Shown here: in pieces, positions 41,601 to 53,600 of the stretch | Numbering within the stretch: position 1 is the first letter of the stretch | Layout: the number at the start of each line of letters is the position of its first letter | Source: Phoronis australis | Lineage: Eukaryota > Animalia > Phoronida | Assembly (NCBI GenBank): GCA_002633005.1 | Contig: NMRA01000228.1 | Location: 484,120 to 548,119 of the forward strand | Direction of reading: 5' to 3' | DNA length: 64,000 nt | The notes under the pieces: model-generated | Database searches by the model: none | What the model saw: only the letters and a program-made list of their open reading frames with translations | What the model was told of the DNA's origin: nothing | Program-made: the position numbers and the translations under genes

Positions 41601-44600
41601 TGGTGCAAACTATGTTGAATCCATCCGAAAACGGGAGGATAGTGTCATCTCACTAATAAGTGCCTACATACTAAATTTCATGAAAATCCATTAGGGACTT
41701 TTGAAGATACAAATGTAAGCATAAAAAACTAAAATTGCCACTAGGGGGCACACCGGTTGTCGGATCCGTCCGAAAGTTCGCTCATGCCGTCCTATTCACG
41801 GAGGGAACATATGTGCAAAATTTCACGAACATACCTCAAGGGGTTTTGGAGATAGAGCAGCGGACGCCAGACGGACGGACGCAGATGACGGCATGTGTCC
41901 ACATAAACATGTGGGCGCATAAAAACTAAAATTGCCACAAGGGCACACAGTAGTACTCTGATCAGAAGTCATCTGTTATCAGCTTCCTAGGAACACTTCT
42001 GCCAAATCTCATTAAGATCCGGCAACGGGTTTAAGAAATACAGCAGTGGACACCCGATGCCAAAATGTTGGCAATATGCACCCACATATAAATATGTGGG
42101 CGCATAATAAAAGGTGATGAATCTCATACCCTGTTCATTAACTGGCTAAAATGAAAGCGTTTCCGTTAGCACTTTTGCTAGAAGTGAAAATGCTAGTAAT
42201 GTAAACGGTGACAATGAAAATTGTCAAAAATGCAGCAAAACAATTTAATAATCCTGTAAACCGAAGTACTGGCGGTGCTCAAACTTTAAAAAGTATTTTG
42301 CTACTTTAAAGTACTGGGTTTACTTTTAAACCATTCTAAAACAAGACACTCACAACAGCAACATCCCCTGCCGAAGGTCTGAGAAGGGACTGCACACAGA
42401 AAAGCAATTCCTCAGATGGATTTGTGAATTGGCAAAAATTTAAGAAAACACAGCCAAATGATGATTTGCACTGGGGTACTTGGTAAGGATACCAGTTTAA
42501 GAGGTTTGGTGGAAATCAGAAAAATGTAGGAGAGTTGTGCACAGTTATATGGATGCATGGAAATAAAAAAATGGGCTAAAATTCAAGAAAATTCAGTCAA
42601 ACCGCAAAATGCTGAAGATGTGTACCATAGCACTTCGAAAAGAAACGTGTTTGAAAATTAGGTCGAAATCTCCTGCCAAATCCAGGAGAGCGGCCAAAAT
42701 TCAGGAAATTATGGTCAAAGCACATATTAGTGCAATGATACCCACTATGGTGCCTCCCAAGTATACTTTTTGAAATATGGTTAAAAGTGGCGCACAGAAT
42801 AAGAGTATTATCCTCTGCATGGACTCCTAGCGCTACTACATCCCCTTGACCTTCTCCTAGTAAGGTAGTCCAAGAATTCATACCCTTACAAATAGATGAT
42901 TTTTTGAAGACAGTCATTTCGTAAGACAAACAACTGTAGACTAAATTTTCTAGAACTCCATCAAGCAGTATGAACAAATATCATTAGATAACCAAGCATA
43001 GACAGTTAAGTTAAAACTGTTGAAAGTAGGGTAAGCTGCAGTAGGAGCCATTTCAAAATTGACATCTGAGAGTAATTTGTGCCAAAGTTGAAAAGAAAGA
43101 TATACAATGTAATACCATAGATCAGGCAAGCAAGTAGCTGATGTTTGCCCACTTGATGAAAAGCTACAAAGGGTGCTCATTATTTCAAACATTGTCACTT
43201 GAAGGAATTCAAACTAGGGCTAAAAGTACCTCCTGTGAGGGCAGCACTAAACAATGCTTATATGCAAAAACAGGTGGGGTCTAGTGCAGTGTTCTGCATA
43301 ACCTGATGCGATTCGTTGTGGCAGCAAGTCTGGATTTTGCTGTTATGAGTTTGGCTTGCCTGTGTCAAGTTGGAGAGACAATGCCACAAGTGTGAACTCA
43401 TAAGGAGATCTGTAATCTCTTCAGCAAAATGGACCACTTTGGATGTTTGACACCAGTTTCAAGGCTTTGAATACAAACATATCATCAGAGTTAGAACACA
43501 ATCTTTGAACATGTTGACTTAATGAACTGTACTGTTGTTGAGTTTGTATTTTCTGTATCTTTTTTCCATAAAAAGAAGACAACATGAATTTTATGAATTT
43601 CAACTAATAGTTTTAGCACATGATATCAAGCAGCTCATCAGAAAAAAGCGAACACCAAATAAGTCACTAATACTGCAAATCAGAGGAACAGCACAAAACA
43701 ACATCATAAGAGCAATTTTTTATATTAAAAATTACATATATAGAACATTTCCGCAATGCCACCTTGCAATGAATTCCATGACCCAAGCATAACCCAGAGA
43801 TAAATTCAACACCAGCTAAGTATCAAAGCTGGTGAGAAAGCTTAAGTTAATTTTACATCGAGGCTTCTCTGTAACCAGAATTAACTTGGTAAAAACTGGC
43901 CTGCAGATGCAGACCCCCAGCACAGAACAGCAATGGCTGCATCCAAGAGAAAATCAAAACCAGCCATGTTCTTGCAGGTGGAAAAATATCGGTCAAGTTT
44001 CATGATAAAACGAGACATAGAGACAACGCTAATCCACTGGGTAAAAGACAGCAGCAATATGTTCCCACAGGGGTACATGTTTGTGAGAGCATCGAAATTA
44101 CAATTATTAAAGTTCACTGCTAATCCACAATTAGATATGGATCAGATCAAAAAAGGATATGATAATAGAGGTTATAAGAACAAGTTTTTGAGAAAACACA
44201 GTGTTAAATTGTAAGCCTATTAACAAAAAGTAATCCCATCAAAGGAGAGATGAGTTATTCATAAATACATAATACAAATAACCATGGAGCAAGACATTTT
44301 ATGCTTGCTGCAATGCAGAAAATAAAATCCTTTAAACAACTCACCAGTTTTCTTGTCACCAGCAGCAACTTCAGCCAAATACCTGAAGTAGTCCCCTTTC
44401 ATTTTGAGGTAGAACACCTGACTTTCAGCATTTGCATTAGTAACTTTGACATCTTGCTTAAATATCAGGTATGTAGTGAGTAAATCCTGTGGAAATAAAA
44501 CCCAACTTTTTAGGGAGCGTAGCAACAGTCATATTCAAAATTCATCTGAAAACCAACGTCAGCCATGCAAAACTAAAACACACTTGGTATCTAATATTAA

Positions 44601-47600
44601 CATGTAAATATCAAACATATCTTTTAAATTTTACCCCAATGTTTAACCAAACTTGAAAGATACTGAGACAGGCACAACAAATAAAACTGCCATAATGTGC
44701 ATTGGGATGAGTCTGACACTAAACATCTGCCATGCTCATGACACCAGGAACATATCTCAAAAATTTCACTTTGATGAGGACTTCAAACCCATTGGCAAAT
44801 AGAGAACCTATAATCAAAACATAACACCAGAATACTCAAATTGCTACAAGGGGATGCAGCAGCAGTCAGCTCAGCCCAAAAATTTATGGATGGTATAATC
44901 TCTTTAATAGGAACACATTTGTGAAATTTCATAGATTCAACAAGTGTTATAAACTAAAATTGCCATTAAGTGGTACAGCAGTAGTCCGATCTGTCCAAAC
45001 GTCATCTACATCCGTCATCACGCTCGTAGAAAAACACTTGCCAATTTTGCCAAGAAGAAAAATCCTTTTTACAACACGAGCAATGCTAATGCTGGATTCA
45101 GATTTTTGAAAACGTTTAAGTCTGTGGAGAAATGACAAAATTAAAATTTCATTTGTTTGTCGTAATGTGGGCAAAAGAGCGTCATTTTGTTAATACCACG
45201 TCTAGAAGCAAATAAAAATGCAGATTTTTGACAGAAGTTATCATTGTGGCAGATATTAGGTCTATTTACATGGATGATCGCTATTTTAATCGTCATTTTA
45301 ATCGTCATTTCAACATACCGGGTAATATCCAACTTTAATCGTCATTACATTATCCGTTAAAAACATTGGATTTTACTCAGCAAATGCTAAGCAAAATCTG
45401 ACAATTGCATTAAATCACTTGGGCCGCCTACAGATACTGGACGTAGGTCATCAAACGCATGCGTGGGTCACCAAACGCATGCACATTTCATGACATTGCT
45501 TTGAGCCATCTGACTTCATTCCGGAAATGTGGTCAGAGGTACATTGCAAGGTTCCAATCGGTCTACAGGGATGTCGAAATCCAAGGCATTCTCTCAGTGA
45601 CCAAGAAAGATAGCTTTGGTGTTTGCTTGGCGCCCGCATACAAAAGGATTTGGACGTAATATTTACACCTTGCTATGATGTTATCGTTTGCCTGGTCAAG
45701 CCGCATCGGTGTCTTGCCCAGAATGACAACTGCCTAGCAGTCTTAACTTAGGAGTAATATGAACTGATTATCCTAGGTTTCGTGTGATGTTGGTTTGGTG
45801 TCCATTTTGGTTTGGTGTCCATTTGTTTTGTAGTAAAATACCAGAGAAATAAAAATCATCATGTAAGCAGTCACTGGTTACCATCTCAAAGTAAGCGTAA
45901 GAATAGCAAAGAAATAGCACAAACAATTTCCGCATGTAAATGCTGCTAGTGAGTTCAAAACCAAATGTATTTATTAAATTTTGTATCATAAATGCAAGAT
46001 GAGGAGGTAAATATTCACAGGAACTGCACACCAAATGCTTGTCTGTCTGAAAAACCAGAGTAACTCTTCTTGGCAAACTTTCCCCGTCTTTGAACACTTC
46101 AGACAAGCAGCATAATGTTGAGATTTTACACAGGTATGTAAAACATTAACTCCCTACCCCCAGCACTAAATTTTCTGGGCATTTGGAAAAGGCCACTGAC
46201 CATGGAGCACGCTTTTAAAGGGCCATAAATATATTTAAAACCTGAGCACACACAGTAACCAACGCCCTCTTTAAATGTTAGATACAGCAACTTTATTATG
46301 CCTAACAAACGCCTGTCTTGTGAGCACCTACATTGCCTGGAACACAGGACTGGCTACACCATCATGCATGTTGGTGACTCATTCTTATAGGTGCAGTTTA
46401 AAATAGAAACCATCCAAGCTGAAGCTATATTTAGATGTGACAACAGGCAATAAAATGAGGCCAGAACAGGAACAAGTGTACAGACTGTGCAATGCTGCAT
46501 GGGCTTGTAATATTGATTTCTATCACACTATTCCTCAAGTCCACATGCTGTACTGACATGGGTTGTCTACCAATAGAAGCAAAAGATGTTACAATACTAG
46601 AACTGCCAATTGATACCATATGGGAAAAATATTGATAACAAGAAACACAAATAAGTAACATGTTTCAAGGTCTTCTCTATATTAACGGGGAACCATAGAT
46701 GATTTCCCTCACACCAGGTGCTGCAACAAAGTCAGATACATGTCACAGTATAAGCCCAAGCAGCAGGCCTTCATGCAGCCTATGTCCTGAGCTCCCTGGC
46801 AAGGACGCCCAATCTATCATTTGGACGCCCACTGTCAATAGGAACCTTTCAAGTTTGGACTCACACACTGTAATGAATACTAGGAAGCCTCTGAAGGCTC
46901 ACAGTGGGAGCTCTTTTTTCAAAGCAGGAAGAAATATACAATGTATATACAACAGATATGCATTGTTGCTATTTTGACACTTGATTGACAGCAATGTAAG
47001 TCTTGGTCTACACAGTTTTTTTTAGTAAAAATGCTCACCATAGAAGACTGTTTTGTGAACTTAGATGTAAAAACCTTGATCTATGCATTTTTTGAAAAAA
47101 AATCTGTGTGCTTGGGGGTATTGATGGGGGTGGGGGGTTACGCGTCGGAATCATGGACGCCCTGGAATATTGGGAACCCTATTTTGGACACCCTATTTTC
47201 AAAATCCTGGATAAAGGCCTGCCAAGCAGCTGTGAACGGTGACAAAATGGCATCAACTTGATTCTGTTCTGTTACCGAAAATGAGGAATGAACGGCATCA
47301 TAGCAGGGATAATCTTAGGATCGCGCCCCGCATCACTGACACACCCTGATTGGTTAACGTCTTCAGGTCGACCTTAAAAATTTACATATTATAGACAAGC
47401 AGTCAAACCAGAAATGGCTCAGTTCCCAATATCGGTAACTGAACACTATTTAAAATGAGATGTCGAATGCGGCAGCATTTGTTCGAGCTAGGATTTGTAG
47501 ACTCCAAGTACCTCCAAATGTGTCCATCTACACTTTTATAAGGTAAATGTAGTAATTTAACCACGGTTCAACTTGACGAGCTGCAGGTTGCATTTGCGAC

Positions 47601-50600
47601 CTCAAATTTAGAAATTCGAAATGAGATTTTGGCGAGCTCGTACCAAGTCGCAAAATGCGACCTGGAATTTCCAATGTACGTATGCGAGCTGAGTTTTTAC
47701 ACTACTCGACGGATAGCTGTCAAATATAAAGCAACTCGTCTTACTTCGGCCGTTACTTGGTTGTTGCCAAATCAAGTTCAAAAGAACACTAACACAGAAA
47801 AGTCTTCCCAATGACTTCTAAACATGTCCCATAAACATGGGATAATGCAGACGTGTTTCATTGTATAATATTTTCTGTTTTTTTTTGCAAATTTCTGGAT
47901 GTGACAAAGAAAGTTTCGGACCACGGAATAACACGAGATAAAGCGTAACATAGTAGTGGTATTTATAAGAATTCTTAAACGATCCACTTTTCAAACTTAG
48001 TGGTAGAAAAACATATTTATTTTTTAATGTAAGATGTCCTTATAATCAAATTACAGCAACAAGCATGACACTATCCTTGATATTGCACTGCCGCACTGGT
48101 CTGTTCCACTGCGCGCAACCAGACAATTGTGACTAGAAAATGTGCATCTCGATTTTTACGCAAAAGACAGCAAACTTGAAAATGACAACACAATTAAACG
48201 CCAAATGACAGCCATGCCTTTACTTTCAGCAAAGTAGTTTTGAGTCGCCAAGAAATTCTCAAGCACTCCACTAGTTTCTGGATCTACATACGCAACATGT
48301 GAGTCAACCATCACACACAAGGTAAAATGGAGGCCTACTCCAGCTATTCAAGAGCATGAACTTATGCATGCACACAACTCCAAGCTGCACATCTAAAGAG
48401 AACAGCGATAGCACTAAATGAAAGAGTATACAAGCATGGCTCCGTTAGGCGCCCGGGTGCCAATGCTTTATTACAAAGTTAACTCCCGGCGATTATTGGA
48501 GACCCGATGCTTTACGATATTCCCCGGGACAGATGTAGTCAAAACTGATATTTTCCTGTTTCAATGTTCCCTGGGGTCGATTTTAACTAGGCCCGAAGGT
48601 TCTATGTCAGTAGCCAGCTATTGCAACTAAACATGTAGACGCAAAATTTTGGTTAACTTTTATTCTTCTCCTCATACACTGACCAACCTATTATTCACTA
48701 CCCTCATTAAGACGTAAATTTTCCACACTCGCATACAAAGAATATTGTTCCGGCTGAAGGAGGCAATTAAAAACAAAATTAAAAGGCCCTTTCATACTAA
48801 AATCGACGCGAAAGGAAGTTTGCACTCAAGAGTTATCTATCTTTGGATCTTTAACGACTTTGATGATAGTCCAATAGCAGGTCAATCCTACAAGTCACAG
48901 ATAATTTTTCAACGAGTATTTTCTCCTTTTTCACATTCCACACTTAGCTAAATGAATGCATGTCGGTTAGAGAGCACTGATTCAACTTTCAATTCGGCAA
49001 CTAGCCTTGCCCTCCAGAGCCTTTCACTGAATGGTAGTAAACAACGGAAACATCGTTCATACATGTAAGAACTCAATTTTGTGGCCTGAAATTAGTGAGT
49101 ATTTAACACAAGTAAGAGCATAATTAAGCATTTTCTCGATGACCTAAAAATTAATTTTGGGGCGTAAAATGGCAAGACAATTTTGCGACCTGGAATGCAA
49201 GCTGAACTTTGAAAATGGGATCTGGGATTTTGGCTAGGTTGCAAATTTTTTGGGATATGGCGATTTTCATAGCATCGAGCCCTCTAAACATCAAAAGTTA
49301 AGCCAGCATAATTTGCAGAAGAGTGTGAGCCGGTGCCTAGCCTAGCGCGAGCCCTAGACATACAGCAAACGCTCAGCTTTGCACCATGTCCACGAGCAAA
49401 GCCATTTGCACATATCGGATATAGGGGTCTCTGACTTAGAGAATCAAGATTTATCCACTGAATAATGGGTCAGTTATTACTTGGTGAAAAAGTTCTCCAA
49501 AGCATTTGCTTTGTCATTAAATTTGTTTATTTGTTCTCACCTACAGGTTGCATTTTTTGTCCAGAGTGGAAATTACAAGTAACATGTGTCTTGTGAATGG
49601 CACGGAAATTGTGGTAGAAATCAGCAGCAAGATGGCATTGTGGTAGCCATTTTTCACTATTTTGATTTGACACAACAGTTGGAGGAAAAAATGCTGCTGC
49701 GATTGGTTGTCCTGATTCTTCATAGCCTGTATAAACCAGTAAGTACTCATCACTCGAGATCAGCAACGTAACATCTCGTCAGACAGTGTTTGCAGGTGTT
49801 CTAATTTGACAGCTAATTGACTAGTAGTAGGGTTGCTGTTTTGATGTTTTGGTGAATTTTGATATGGAAATGGTGGTTTTAAGCACTTGATGGTTTATCA
49901 TTTACTATGCGTTGTTGGTGTAACACTGTAATAGGTGTCAGGGTTGTGGTCGTTAATGTTCTTGTTTTCATCGTCGATTTCATAGTTTATTCAGTTTCGC
50001 CCAAGTGTAGCTAATCAGAGCGTTTTCATTTGCCTGGTTCTCTATATCAGGGCTAGGCAATTACATTGTCCTGGATGCCGCAGAATTTGTAAACAATGGC
50101 TTAGAGCAATCAGATCATTCAGAATCTGTCACATGATCACTTCTCTCAAACTGCAAAACTCGAGTCACAAAATAGAACACAAAAAATGTCAAAATAAATT
50201 GAAGTACACAAAAGGCAATTTAAAACACATTGCAGTAACGAAAATAGCATTTTGTATCCCGTTTCGGCGGCACATAGAAAATCGCACTCAGGCAGTAAGG
50301 CCTCGCTTAGCAGCCAACGGCAACTGGCGTGCATGTGGGATCAAACAAAAGAATTCCATACATCACTCACATCTCACGATTCCAATCCAACGAATAACCG
50401 GTTACGGTTGAATTTCCTTTCAGGAAAAAATTGTTATATCTAGTGTTTCATCGTTTTCAGTCGGTCCTCTGACTCCAACTTAGTCCAAGGCGACTCGCCC
50501 ACACACTCCATAATTGTTCCTCTCTCAAAGTTTACAGAGCACAAACCTCAACTTATGTTGTTTATGAAGACATTGACCGTTTCTTTTATCCACCTTTTCC

Positions 50601-53600
50601 AGGAAATATTCTGTCTACTCCACAGTCCACGCATTTTTTACCACAGAATCGCACTATTTGTCACTGCGATTTGATACCATTGATGAACCACGCTATCCCA
50701 GCCATAGGCACTTGAATTTATCTGTTACTCGATTGCCTCTGACGTCACTCACTACTAAGAAAACATGTTTCTTATATATGGTTACGAGTAATCGGGAAAT
50801 TCGAGCGCCTGTGATCCGCAATTACAATTTTCGTTCCTCCGAAACATAAAGAGCAGTTTCCGCTTTTCGAGTCGTCGGCAAGGCCGCGGTGAGAAACCAA
50901 TTTGCCTCGACAATTTTAAGGCAAATCTAATTTTTCCACGGAAGTATAACGAAAATATGCAGAGGGAATAAAAGAAAAAAGCAGAAATCCGCGTTTCTGT
51001 GATAAATTCCAAGCCTTGCTTAAGTCTGGAGACAATTCAGTCAAGATAACTCGAACAAATCAAAAATCTGTCGCGGTTTACTAGAGTTTCTCCTACCAGG
51101 TGCCATTTTGAGGAAGTTACGTGAAATCACGCATGTTGACGAATAAAAAGTCCAAGGGACACAAATCTTACAAATTTCACCTGATACCTTTCCATGCTAT
51201 TTTGCAAGTGTCACGCGCTAGCGTCAGAGCTTTATGCAGGATTTCGAAAATAGGGTTTCCAAAACAGGGTTCCCAATATTCCAGGGCGTCCGTGATTCCA
51301 ACCACGCATTACCCCCACTCCCGCCTCGCCCCCACACAGTGAGACTTTTTACAAACAAGAGCAACGTAGAGCGTTGAAATGCGCCCACAATTGCACCGTA
51401 TACGGTATCCTTCTATGGTTGTTTATTGGTACCATAAAGTGGCCAGTAGAGGGCATATATGTAGTATGTTGTACTTTGCAAAATGGAAAGGCATGGTCAT
51501 TGTCTCCTCAATAGGCTAGGTTTCAAAATGTGAGTGATCTTCATAATACAAGCACATCCTATGCATCAGTTGCTTAAAGCACCACAGAAACATAGAATTA
51601 AAAACAAATTTACCAACATACGAGATTAGCACAGCATTAGAATGCCAGAAACAAATTTCTACTTGGAACTTTTCCTTCATAGTCACGAAGTAACACAAAG
51701 TATACACCTGAAGACCTATGAAAATACAGAGGTCAATGTNNNNNNNNNNNNNNNNNNNNNNNNNNNNNNNNNNNNNNNNNNNNNNNNNNNNNNNNNNNNN
51801 NNNNNNNNNNNNNNNNNNNNNNNNNNNNNNNNNNNNNNNNNNNNNNNNNNNNNNNNNNNNNNNNNNNNNNNNNNNNNNNNNNNNNNNNNNNNNNNNNNNN
51901 NNNNNNNNNNNNNNNNNNNNNNNNNNNNNNNNNNNNNNNNNNNNNNNNNNNNNNNNNNNNNNNNNNNNNNNNNNNNNNNNNNNNNNNNNNNNNNNNNNNN
52001 NNNNNNNNNNNNNNNNNNNNNNNNNNNNNNNNNNNNNNNNNNNNNNNNNNNNNNNNNNNNNNNNNNNNNNNNNNNNNNNNNNNNNNNNNNNNNNNNNNNN
52101 NNNNNNNNNNNNNNNNNNNNNNNNNNNNNNNNNNNNNNNNNNNNNNNNNNNNNNNNNNNNNNNNNNNNNNNNNNNNNNAAAACAAAACTGCCACTAGGAG
52201 GCGCCACAGTAGTCGAAATCGTCGGAAAATCATCGTCAACCGTCCTCTACATAGTAAGCATATACATGCCAATTTTCACAATCATCCTTTGAGCGGTTTG
52301 GTTGATAGAGGGGTGGACGCACAAAAACACACTCGAAAACACTAAAAATGGCCACTAGGTGGCGCAAACTATGTCGAATCCATCTGAAAACGGGAGGATA
52401 GCGTTATCTCACTAATAAGTGCTTACATAGCAAATTTCATGAAAATCCGTTCAGGACTTTTGAAGATACAAAGGTAAGCGTAAAAAACTAAAATTGCCAC
52501 TAGGGGGCGGACCGGTAGTCGGATCCGTCCGAAAGTTTGCACATGCCGTCCCATTCATGAATGGAACATATGTGCCAAATTTCATGAACATATATCAAAG
52601 GGTTTTGGAGATAGAGCAGCGGACGCCGAACGCCAGACGCCGGACAGACGCCGCCCGTACGGACGGACGGAGATGACGGCATAATGCGTCCACATATAAA
52701 TATGTGGGCGCATAAAAATGCATTGAACAAGGCTTTTACACCTAAGTTTACAAAAACAGCTCTCTTTTAGTGAGCTTTTTACTGAAAAAACTGTGTGGAT
52801 CAAGACTTTTACGTCTAAATTAACATAAACAGCCAAACAGCTTACCAAACAGGTATTACACATATTGGTTGAACGATGAGTGCAAATTGCTGTTATAAAG
52901 TTTATCATATCATCTTAACTAGCTTTATATTCAGTACAAAGAGCCATCAAAGCTGCAGTTACCAACACAAGAAATATGCACAGATGATGTGTGGTTTACA
53001 TTTTGGCAACAGGAGTCACTCCTGCTCCATATTAAGACGCACATAGAAAAGCACGAAACGGGCGCAAACTCAAAACATTTTAAATGGGGATATTCTTGTG
53101 GCACATCATATTATTAAAATAATGACATTTATTTTGCTCCTAATGTTTTTTAAAAAAGATGAAACTACACCTCTGAAACACCAGTTTGGAGTTAACCAAG
53201 GTTGGTGTCCATGTATAAAATACTGAATTGCAGTGAGATATAAGACCACTGAAAGCAGAGACACTCTGGCAACCAAACCCTGCTAATTATTGACAGGTCT
53301 ACTAAATACTTTGAAAATAGTTTGAATATTGCAACATTTTATATACATTGTATATTTATTTCTGAGCTGAAAGGGCCAACTTCTCTCTTTCATTAACTGG
53401 GAGTCCTAGTAATCGTACAATGTGGGTGTCCAAAGCAGAGAAATTCTGATCGACAGGGCGTCCAAATGATACATTGGGCGGCCTTGCCAGGGTGTCCAGA
53501 TTAGTGCCAGGACCAATGCTGCATGAAGGCCTGCCTCCCGTTCAGTAACGCTAGGACCTCCCTAAAAAGCAAGACTTCACGAGATTACGTGAGATGTTGC

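Noticed and set aside
13499-44344. Docking-site/selector complementarity of the kind controlling insect 14-3-3zeta mutually exclusive exons
   Set aside because: No shared sequence was seen upstream of the two exon 3 acceptors by eye. Cross-species alignment and folding would be needed.
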